In this document: one piece after another, positions 54,725 through 64,000 of the stretch
Position numbering within the stretch: the first letter of the stretch is position 1
Layout: each line of letters opens with the position of its first letter
From: Eledone cirrhosa
Lineage: Eukaryota
Direction: 5' to 3'
Length of the DNA stretch: 64,000 bases
Assembly (NCBI GenBank): GCA_964016885.1
Contig: OZ024762.1
Coordinates: forward strand, 248,001-312,000
The notes under the pieces: model-generated
The model's database searches: none
What the model was told of the DNA's origin: nothing
Seen by the model: the letters and a program-made list of their open reading frames with translations, nothing else
Made by a program: the position numbers and the translations under genes

Positions 54725-55300
54725 ATATCTCCCAAGGAAATGGAGATACTCTCCAAATATAAAGATCTAGAGATAGAAATAACCTGAATGTGGATGATGA
54801 AAACAATAGCTATAATTATAGAAGGGGTTCTGGGAATGATAAAGGAACACAGACACATAACCAAAACCCCAGGACTTACAAATATTTACAACATACAAAA
54901 GATAGCACTACTAGGTACTGTATACATATTATATAGAGTACCAAAGGACTTACATATATATTCTTTTTTTTTTAACTGTTGGTCAATCAATGATAAATGA
55001 TAAATAAATTAACTATGGAGATATTAAAGATACAGAAGCGAAATCCAACCAAACAGTGAGTGTGTTCTGTTATTATTCCTGGCAATATTACAACCATATG
55101 ACCCTCCCCAAGTATAACAATATACATATATATATACAACATACATAAAATAGTACTACAAGTTACTGTATACATATATAGAGTATCACAGGACTTACAT
55201 ATATATAACATACAAAAAACAGCACTACTAGATACTGTACACATATATAGAGTACTCCAAGGCTTATATATATATATATATGTATATATACAACATACAG
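54725..55300 (+). mobile_element. Decayed R4/Dong-like REL C-terminus, with a tandemly repeated tail
   Basis: KEMEILSKYKDLEIEIT*MW.MKT...IQKIALLGT. Related pieces at 20170-20355 and 51315-51380 (RIWDCYEIEVIP/IVIGALG). Confidence 0.6.
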
Positions 55301-55678
55301 TGATAGGTGACAGTGGTGAGGTGTTGGGGTGAAGGATGGTAGGTATATGACAAACAAATAACAAATATAGGAATTATTTAAATATATTTACATATATTTA
55401 CAAAAGTAAGGAAATTATACAAAAGTGACAAAGACCACATATTTATGAAGGAAGTTACTTCATTGACCCCAGTACATGACTGGTACTTATGATTGAGTGT
55501 AGAATATAACCCTTTAACATTTACATTACTCTTGGTACTCTCGTTTGGACAGAAAGAGGTGAGGTAATTCTGGCTGGATATCACTGGTTTAAATGCTAAA
55601 GGGTTAATGTACCTTGACTAAAAGTCACAAACTATTTAGTCTGACATTGTACCGATTCTGCTGCCAACTGCCATCCTT

Positions 55679-58600
55679 CTAGCGTTTGGAATGTATAATT
55701 TCTTCAGTAGCAATATTAACAATAGTTTGGAAGTCCGACCCCAAATACAATCTCCAGAACTGTCGGACTCTACCCCATATGTTAGCCGGGTAGCAAGGAC
55801 TTCCGATTCCGTGAAATATCCTGGCGATTGAGTGACCAGTGAAGTTGTGATCGGGAGAGTAAATTGAGAGAAAGCGCCTCGTATCATTTCTCATCTGACC
55901 AATGTCACATTTGATGGCAAACGCCTCAGTTGTAGAGAAGCCCTCAACAGTAGATGACCCCTCAACAGTAGATGACCCTTCGACAACAGATGACCCCTCA
56001 AGACAGGATCTGTCGATAGAATCTTCCTCAAAATACTCAAAAATAAGTTTGTGTAGGTTTTTATTCCGTCTCTCGTCGGCATTATCCGAGCAGCCACAGA
56101 TGCTGTTATAGGAGACGGACCTGAGAGCTTGGTATAGACGTTGGATCTGGCTCAGTTCGATCTTCTCCTGGGTTTTTACTCGGTTGTATAAGTAGTCTAT
56201 AATGTGATCCAGTTCGTTGTTACTTAAGTCCCCGAAGGAAATGAAGTGGAAGGCCAAGTTCGATAACTCGACAAGGACACCAGTTTTCTTAGCCCCTCCA
56301 TCTCTGTCAAAACCCCACTGCAAGGATTTCAACTCTCGTTTCACGATACCTGAATTCCACCCCATACTGTCGCTGAGTTCTATCACAGGAAACTCCATGC
56401 AAGATGTGGAACAGAATTTCTTCCCTTCCAACTTCTGTTTGGCAATAGCTACACCAACTGGAGGACATTTCTTGGCAATAGCCTGAAGCTGGGCAGGTCC
56501 ACCATAACAGTTTACTTTACAGCTTGCGTATGTTAGAGGCAACATTTTTAGTAAGCCCTGGAAAGACAGTTCTAAGTAGCAGAGGAGTGTAGAAATATTC
56601 TCTTGCTTCATATCTAATTTCTGTACTAAATGTTCAATACTTACTGCTATCTCGTGACCTTTACAAATTCTTTTCTCAACGTTAAAACAGAGAAAAGACT
56701 CTTGCAGATCTTTCTCAGTTGCCTCATCGCCATTACCATTCTCTGCTTCGTCTTCCATTCCAGAACATTTCTCATGGATCTCAACACATCGGCACCGTTT
56801 CACGATGGTCTGGATAAATTTCTTTACAGTGAATCGACTGACAGAGTTAGCGTAGACATGTTTCTTTAACTCTCCTAAGTCTCGCCCTTCTTTATCAAGA
56901 AACAAATGACAATGGGAAACCTTGCGATCTCTGCCGGCGCGACCAATTTCTTGCACATAACTCTCAAAACTTTTCGGCATATTGTAATGAATGACACCCC
57001 GGACATTAGACTTGTCAATACCCATACCAAACGCTACGGTGGCGACCACAATCCACAGTTTCCCAGACATAAATGCCTTTTGAATACGTTTTCTTTGGTA
57101 CGCTGTCAGACCGGCGTGATAACTTTCCGCAATCAACTGAGCAGGATTCTTTGCTGGTTTCTTTTTTGATTTGGAATTTCTATTTGATTCCTTTTCCTTT
57201 GTTAAGTTTAAAAAATGTCCAGTTTTATCTTGCAAAGCTGTTCTTATCAATGTTGCGATCTTCTCGGTTTGGTCTCTTCGTGTGCAATAAATAATGATTG
57301 ATTCACATTTGGAAAATCTTTCCCCTTCTAAAAGTTCTATCAGAGATTCCTCGCGGTGGATGTCTCTTGAGACTGTCAGAACGAGGTTCTTTGGTATCGG
57401 GGCCCCTCTAATAACAGCATCCTCTGAATCCTGTATCCACAACTGCTGTGCGATATGTTTACTTTGTGCCAATGTGGCAGTTGCTGTAAGTCCGATGAAA
57501 CAGGAGACTCCATGTTTCTCTTTGAGAGTTTTACACACTTGCAAATAGGAAGGACGAAAGTTATGAGACCACTCTGAAAGACAGTGAGCTTCGTCAATAC
57601 AAGCAAACGATATCATTACATCTTTATTTAACTCTGTTAACACAGATTTCTGACCTCCAATCACTGCCTCTGGGGACAGGAGAAGGAAGTGAACTTGACC
57701 AGAGTTTACAGCAGTAATAACAGCCTCCCGTTGACTTTTTGTCATGTTAGTATGCAAGCAGGCACCGTGTATTCCGACAGGTAAGCCCTCCACCTGGTCT
57801 TCCATCAGAGACACCAGAGGAGAAATTATAACGGCCACATGTTTCGGCTGTTGACCATACAGGTAAGCAGGTAACTGGTAACAGAGAGATTTACCTCCTC
57901 CAGTAGAGAGGATTACAAGGGTAGATAATCCACACAAAGTCCTCATAATTGCTTCTTTTTGTCCATCTTTAAACTCACTAAAACCAAACTTTTGCAAGGC
58001 ATTATACACCTCTTGGGGTATATCTGGCAGCGTGCCATCATTGTTGGGAACCAAATAAGGGTCTGGGTATTTCCGACAAGCTACAGACTTGTTAAACATT
58101 TCATAGGGATCTCGTATCACGGATTTCTCAATTTCCAATTCATTTTGTTCGACACAGCTGGAGAGTGGGTCACCTTTAGACATGCTCACAGCTTGACTCA
58201 AAGTCAGGTAATCTTCTTCAAGAACAGTTGAGGTAGAATGTTCTTCATCTTGTTGTTGTTGGTTATTCTTCTTGTTTCTTTGAGAGTTGCCAAAATTCTT
58301 ACAATTTTTAGCCCAATGACCATTTTCTCCGCATCGGAAACAATTCTCTCCATAAGACTTCTGTTTTTCTCTCATCTTTCTCTTCCATTCCAAACGTCGG
58401 AACTTCGTCCCCTTCGTTCCCTGACCCTTTCGAGTGAACCGTTTTACCTTCATATTCAAACGGACAAAATTTTCAGATTTATTTATTTGGCTCACTCTCG
58501 TAGCAGACGATTTTTTACTTTGCTTTGATTTCCTGGGTTTATCTTCTTCCATTGGTCCGGAATCATCATTGGAACTTTCAAAAGCTTCTTGGAATCTTGA

Positions 58601-59908
58601 AGGTTTCTTTTTACCAATTCCACCCCTAAAAGACCGAACCTCATCATCATCTCTATTAACATCAGAGTCTCCGAAAGGAATGGTTTTCCCATCAAATTTC
58701 GAGGCATTCGTTGTCGCATCCACAGAAATCTTTCTCCGTTTAACGTTAAGATTCACCATCTTTGAATCAGGAGACAGTTCTCTTTTAGCTTCTAATTTAC
58801 CAGAAATGGTGCTTCTATCAAAACTGTCATCTTTCTTAATCCTGTTTATATCTTTAGAACTTCTAAGCTCTGGACCAACATGGTCAGTTTCAAAATCAAT
58901 ATTTCGTATATCTTCGGTCTCACTTTTAGAACCTGAAATATCTCGTGAGTGACTAAAAGATTCGAAAGAGTTATTTATATTATCTTCTCCGTTTAAATGA
59001 GAATTGTCGAAGGATTCTTCATTAGTGTAATCAGCAGCAGAAGCCGACAAAGAGAATTTGTGATTCTTCCGATCATGGAACAATCGTGGAATAACTGGAC
59101 CATCACTTGCAATGTCCTTAACAGCTCGATTCCGTGACGAAATATTCAACATATTCTTCAACAATCCGGAATTATTTAATTTTGGGGAATTTTCTAAACT
59201 GGAACCACTGACTACTTTAGAACTTTCTACAAATGTTTCCGAAGAAAAAACATCTCTTTGATCCGGGATGGAACTGACTGAAGTATTGAATCTAGATGAT
59301 GTTTTGGGAATTTTCAATATCGTTTCGGAAGTTTCCATTGCTGCTTTGGAATTTTCCAATGTTGTTTTAGGATTTTCAAATATTGTTTTGCGATTTTTCT
59401 GGGGATTTTCCAATGCTGTTTTCTGGAAATTTTCCAATGCTGGTTTCTGGAAATTTCCCAAAGCTGTTTTCTGGAAATTTCCCAAAGCTGTTTTGGGATC
59501 CCCCTCTTTCCCTAGCAATCCTGGCTGTAATAAACCCTTGGTAGCAATTTTTTTCATAGCAGCACATTTTTTAGAATTGATGAACAACTTGGTAGAGAGT
59601 TTCTCAAGATACACAGCTTGCTCCACCCTCAAGTCTCCAGACGAACTATCATCACAGACAACTTTATCTGTCTGACTTCTATTGTATTCTTTCCCCCAGA
59701 CATTGTTTCCTTCTGTCTTCCCAGAACATCGGTTGGCACCAACATTGACTACCTCTTTCTTTAATTTATAGTACTTACTGTAAGCACTGCGGATGTTCTC
59801 TGCTGATAAGCCAATATCTTCACTGTTTGGTTTCCTGCCATTTTCTTTCTGGAAGTTCGATTCCCAGGTTTTTAAGGCCAACTTTAAATTCTTCAGTTTT
59901 TCTTCCAT
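55679..59908 (-). CDS. RECQL4: RecQ-family helicase RECQL4 orthologue, about 1409 aa, uninterrupted ORF
   Basis: Sld2-like N-terminus (LKTWESNFQKENGRKPNSEDI...YSKYYKLK), ENFVRLNMK motif, CCHC knuckle CFRCGENGHWAKNC, helicase motifs STGGGKSLCYQLPA, IDEAHCLSEWSHNFRPSY, ATVAFGMGIDK, QEIGRAGRD, and C-terminal SIARIFHGIGSPCYPA. An acceptor (ttttgctttcag) sits just upstream of ATG 59908. Confidence 0.95.
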   Translation of the reverse strand: MEEKLKNLKLALKTWESNFQKENGRKPNSEDIGLSAENIRSAYSKYYKLKKEVVNVGANRCSGKTEGNNVWGKEYNRSQTDKVVCDDSSSGDLRVEQAVYLEKLSTKLFINSKKCAAMKKIATKGLLQPGLLGKEGDPKTALGNFQKTALGNFQKPALENFQKTALENPQKNRKTIFENPKTTLENSKAAMETSETILKIPKTSSRFNTSVSSIPDQRDVFSSETFVESSKVVSGSSLENSPKLNNSGLLKNMLNISSRNRAVKDIASDGPVIPRLFHDRKNHKFSLSASAADYTNEESFDNSHLNGEDNINNSFESFSHSRDISGSKSETEDIRNIDFETDHVGPELRSSKDINRIKKDDSFDRSTISGKLEAKRELSPDSKMVNLNVKRRKISVDATTNASKFDGKTIPFGDSDVNRDDDEVRSFRGGIGKKKPSRFQEAFESSNDDSGPMEEDKPRKSKQSKKSSATRVSQINKSENFVRLNMKVKRFTRKGQGTKGTKFRRLEWKRKMREKQKSYGENCFRCGENGHWAKNCKNFGNSQRNKKNNQQQQDEEHSTSTVLEEDYLTLSQAVSMSKGDPLSSCVEQNELEIEKSVIRDPYEMFNKSVACRKYPDPYLVPNNDGTLPDIPQEVYNALQKFGFSEFKDGQKEAIMRTLCGLSTLVILSTGGGKSLCYQLPAYLYGQQPKHVAVIISPLVSLMEDQVEGLPVGIHGACLHTNMTKSQREAVITAVNSGQVHFLLLSPEAVIGGQKSVLTELNKDVMISFACIDEAHCLSEWSHNFRPSYLQVCKTLKEKHGVSCFIGLTATATLAQSKHIAQQLWIQDSEDAVIRGAPIPKNLVLTVSRDIHREESLIELLEGERFSKCESIIIYCTRRDQTEKIATLIRTALQDKTGHFLNLTKEKESNRNSKSKKKPAKNPAQLIAESYHAGLTAYQRKRIQKAFMSGKLWIVVATVAFGMGIDKSNVRGVIHYNMPKSFESYVQEIGRAGRDRKVSHCHLFLDKEGRDLGELKKHVYANSVSRFTVKKFIQTIVKRCRCVEIHEKCSGMEDEAENGNGDEATEKDLQESFLCFNVEKRICKGHEIAVSIEHLVQKLDMKQENISTLLCYLELSFQGLLKMLPLTYASCKVNCYGGPAQLQAIAKKCPPVGVAIAKQKLEGKKFCSTSCMEFPVIELSDSMGWNSGIVKRELKSLQWGFDRDGGAKKTGVLVELSNLAFHFISFGDLSNNELDHIIDYLYNRVKTQEKIELSQIQRLYQALRSVSYNSICGCSDNADERRNKNLHKLIFEYFEEDSIDRSCLEGSSVVEGSSTVEGSSTVEGFSTTEAFAIKCDIGQMRNDTRRFLSIYSPDHNFTGHSIARIFHGIGSPCYPANIWGRVRQFWRLYLGSDFQTIVNIATEEIIHSKR

Positions 59909-60369
59909 TCTTAAAACTTCTGAAAGCAAAAGAAAAATTGTATACACACTTCAACAGCATTCTAATAAATATTACCTGTACAGGTAATGAAAGTATAGAC
60001 CAGCTATGGTCAAATAAACCTATATTGTTGTTGTTTAACCCCTGGGACCAACCTAAACCACAAATATCCCCACCCCACATCATATATATTTGCAGGATTC
60101 AATAACTCAGTTTATCAACACCAACCCCAGTATTTGATCTGATAAATGTGTGATAAAGACAATAATAAATAGATTTAAATATTTCAAACTCTATATTTTT
60201 AAGTCATGTTTCATATTACTTTGCAGTTTTGACAGATAAAAACATATTTTGATATCTTCTTCACAGTTTCTAATTACTTTCAGAAATAACATGACTTGGC
60301 TGTTTTGGGGGGTTTTTTTCTTCTTTTTCATCTTCTTCTTCCACTTATTCCTGAGAGGGTCATAGGGTG

Positions 60370-61021
60370 CAGAGTCCTCAAACACTCCTTCCAGCGGGTC
60401 CTGTCAGAAGCAACCATCTCCAACTGATGTGACTAGATCCCCAAGCAAGACCAGCCAAGCTCATGGAATTTGTCTAACCATCTTGTTCAGGGTCTACCCC
60501 TGGGTCTCCTACCAGTTGGTTTTGACCATAAAATCTGTCCAGTGATTCTTTCCTGAGACATTCGAACCACATGTCTATAGTATCAGAGCTGTGATCTCTC
60601 AATTCAGAGAAGTAGCTGCTCTACCTGGAGTTACTCTCTCATCACCAAGCTACACACACTATCGAGTAACGTTACCCCCAAAGACCCTTCAGAGTAACCC
60701 CATTTCAGCCGCTTGTACTCGTGATCATATTCTTTCAATCATTACCAAAGAATCATAACCATATGTAAGGGTTGGAACAAATACTAAATTGAGGATAGCG
60801 AGGTTCTCTTTTACGCCTCCCTCCCTTCTTCTGATTACTGAATGCTGAAGCTGGCACATTACTGCACCAACTCCTGCAATTGTTGCATTTAATTCAGCCT
60901 CCTGCCTTCCACCACTCGTAAACATGGTCCCGAGATACTCGAACTTCTCTACCTGCTTCAGTGGAACTCCATTTACATGTATATGTGTGTATACATTCCA
61001 CAAAGCACCTCTCTTAACCAT
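60370..61021 (-). mobile_element. Decayed RTE-like LINE 3' fragment (third family), inside the presumed RECQL4 5'UTR intron
   Basis: LKQVEKFEYLGTMFTSGGR...VFVPTLTYG motifs. Its 3' end (ctccttccagcgggtcctgtcagaagcaaccatctccaa) recurs at 46192-46270. Confidence 0.75.
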
Positions 61022-62189
61022 GTCGTGGTTTAGAGAAGAAAAAAAAGGACAAACTTTCAGCCAAAAAAGGGTAACTTATTCAACTAGGCAGAAGTTATAA
61101 TTAACCAAAATGTCACCAAGATAGAATTTAACGCCCAAAATATAACATAATCTTCCTTCTTTGGAATAAAATACTCAACTAAATTCAAGAATTAATTTGT
61201 CAGAAGACATTGTTTTTTAAATTAAATGTTTCTGTGTCAAGCTGGGCGACATGCGACAACGTCGTTAGTTATCTCCCTTTGTACACTGCCTAGGGGCTCC
61301 CTCTGCCTGGGACTCGACAGTTCTTTTATTATAATTTTAGATCTTACTAATATTTAATTGGTGATTGATTAATTGACCTGGCAAGGGTATAGATAAAATA
61401 AAGTACTGAGATCGATATTATTGGACCTCCGTCGATTTCGACGAGTGTTGCAATAGTTCAAACAGAAGAGCCTGCTTGTGAAATTAACATGTTAGGTAGG
61501 TGGCTGAGCATTCCAGACACGTGTAGCCATAGTATTAATTCTCAGGGAGATTCAGCGAGACATATTTCAATTAGACACAGTAAACGGGATCGAAACACCG
61601 CCTGGCCTAAGAATCGAACTCCTGACCTTAAAAATCACCAGACGACGCCTTAACTACTAATAATTCATCGTAAATGTGAACAGAAATAAAAATTATAATA
61701 AAAAGAAGGTTGTTGTTCTCTCTCACCAAAATATCTTATCGTCTTTTGTGTTTATAAGAAATGTATTTGAAAGTGCATAAGGGAATCGAACATTCCATAC
61801 TTAAAGACCTAATAATTTAAAGAAATTATGAATTAATGTAATTATTAAATTTCTTACCTTTTAATATTTTTGTTCGTTAAATATAAAAGTTTCACTTATT
61901 ATATATAAAGTAGAATAAATATATCAGGTCGGTCATTGGATTAAGTATCAAATGTCCGATCTCAAATCGAAAGTACATAAGGGAGTCGGACATTTCATAG
62001 TTAGGACCTAATAATTTAGTTTAGCTTATATATTATACCTAATGTCTGGCTATAAGGAAGCACAATAAATGTAATTTAAACTTTAACTAATTATTAAATA
62101 TTTCAGGCTTAAATTAAACTTATTTACATGTTTTAAACAATTAATAATAAACTTATTAACTAATATGTTGATATTTCAGAGTTTGTTGT

Positions 62190-62266
62190 TTTTTGGTGGC
62201 GGGGAAAAGATCAAAAACAAACAAAATTCTTAAAATTGCCGCCATTTCTGTGAAGTCTCGCGAGAT
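62190..62266. promoter_or_regulatory. Putative RECQL4 core promoter cluster: E2F-like TGGCGGGGAAA, YY1 GCCGCCATTT (AAATGGCGGC on -), palindrome TCTCGCGAGA (62256-62265)
   Basis: Three CpG-containing housekeeping/cell-cycle motifs within about 75 bp, about 2.3 kb upstream of the RECQL4 ATG. Candidate 5'UTR donor (cttac on +) near 61855. Function is inferred. Confidence 0.55.
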
Positions 62267-63079
62267 TTCAGTGAGATCATCATCATCATCAACAGCTGTG
62301 TGTGTGTATCATCATCAACATCACCATCACAATCATCACCACCACCATCATCATCACCATCAACACTACCACCATCAACATTATCATTATGTCCTGTTAC
62401 TCGGGTTACATATAATTTCTACATTTTCCTTAATAACCAACACAATCTCATCGATGTTTTAAAGATTGTTATCCCTCCGTTTGTAGTCAGACATGACATT
62501 AAAACAAGTTGACGTAGGAGGGGGGGACATTATGGTGGAAAAGCAATGACTACGAAGAAACAGACGATATATTTTCGTCTTTCTTATTTCCAGCTCAAAT
62601 GTTAACGATTCCTATATATATATATATTCACTTATTTATTTTTATATTCCTATATATATTAACTTATTTATTTTATTAACAACTAGCTTCTTCACATTCC
62701 GATAGGTCGGACCAAATAGTAAGACGGGAATGTCACCGGTGAACGACCCGTAATAATCCCCCATTACCTTCTCAATTTTCCTTACTATATGACTCTTACT
62801 ACTTCTTTCTCCCATTTCTTTATACTCTTACTCTTTCTTCTTACTCACTCTTCTTTATACCCATACTCTCTCCCCCACTCTCTATTTCTTTTTCTTGATA
62901 CTCTTACTTTCTCTCTTCCACTCACTTACTCCTTCTTCTTCATACCCTTACTTTCGCTCTCCCACTCTCACACTATTATTCCCTTTTCCTTCTATATCTC
63001 ATACTACTACTCTCGCATCTATTTATAGACCCTTTCACACTCACACACACACACACATATATATATATACACACACACA

Positions 63080-63156
63080 CAGGGTGTCCCAATAAAATAT
63101 ATACACACTTTGATTAGAATGCTGTGGAAGTGTCTATACATTTTTGGGACACCCTG
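63080..63156. mobile_element. Tc1/mariner-like MITE (about 77 bp)
   Basis: TIR cagggtgtcccaa...ttgggacaccctg. Related copies at 44395-44533 and 63975-64000. Confidence 0.7.
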
Positions 63157-63470
63157 TGTGTATATATATTATTGTGGGTATGTCTCTATATATTACATAC
63201 ATTTACTGTTTTGAAAACCGTTTTGTCATTAAATCAACTTCACCGCTGCCACTCTCAGTAATAATAATTATCACTACCATCATCATCATCATTATCACCA
63301 CCATCATCATTTACATCACTATCAGCATTATCACCACTACCTCTCTCTCTCTCTCTCTATCACTATCTTCTTTACTCTCTCCCTCTCTTTTTTCTCTCTT
63401 TCCCTCAATTTGTCACCATATCTCTCTCACTCTCTTTCTTACTCCCTCATTCTCTCACTATGTCTCCATC

Positions 63471-63501
<31 letters not shown>

Positions 63502-63514
63502 CATGCACACACAC

Positions 63515-63626
63515 CAAATCCCGCCGAGGTTAACTTTGCCTTTCATCCTTAAAGGGTCGATAAAATAAAGTACCAGTAATGCACTGAGATAATTGCTGGC
63601 CTGGTGCCAAAAGTAGAAACAATTAT
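63515..63626 (+). mobile_element. SINE family A, 3' half
   Basis: aaatcccgccgaggttaactttgcctttcatcc... Confidence 0.75.
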
Positions 63627-63932
63627 GTAATTATATATATATCTATATGTATACACACACATTACAGTGTATTATCTCAGTATATATACACACACACACT
63701 GTATATATATACACTATATATAGTGTGGTGTAGTATAACTGCAGGTAATCACAGCTCAAACAACTCTTTTCTCGTCAATATTTTACACATTTTCACAGTG
63801 AGTAAGCAATTTTATTTCACGCAAACACTACAACATATCATATACATATATGATATGTGTGTATATATATAGAATATGTATAGGTGTGTTTTTCCCAGTC
63901 TATATTAGCCTAAAACATGTTTATGTGTATGA

Positions 63933-63978
<46 letters not shown>

Positions 63979-64000
63979 ATACATTTTTAGGGACACCCTG

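Noticed and set aside
55636-59987. Overlapping and antisense ORFs within RECQL4 (also within FaNaC and the RTE ORF)
   Set aside because: Shadow frames of long real CDSs, with no recognisable motifs.

Overview
Eukaryotic, microsatellite-saturated genomic DNA. It is most likely from an octopus or other coleoid cephalopod; this is inferred from a molluscan-type FaNaC gene, RTE LINEs with (TGA)n tails and CORE-type SINEs. Four host genes are supported: (1) an FMRFamide-gated Na+ channel (FaNaC, +, single coding exon 20754-22622); (2) the first four coding exons of Integrator subunit 13/asunder (INTS13, -, 35280-31303), whose remaining exons I could not find; (3) a complete 4-exon coactosin-like gene (+, 42911-50777, 143 aa); (4) an intronless-CDS RECQL4 helicase (-, 59908-55679) with an upstream YY1 / TCTCGCGAGA / E2F-like promoter cluster. 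The rest is one long, uninterrupted 5'-truncated RTE LINE ORF, decayed RTE, R4-like and CRE-like retroposon fragments, two SINE families, piggyBac-like and Tc1-like MITEs, three Penelope-type minimal hammerhead motifs, many minisatellites (several born from retroposon segments), several fold-back palindromes and one 200-N gap. Almost all short ORFs in the track are microsatellite artefacts. All protein and repeat-family identities come from motif recognition by eye, not from database searches.
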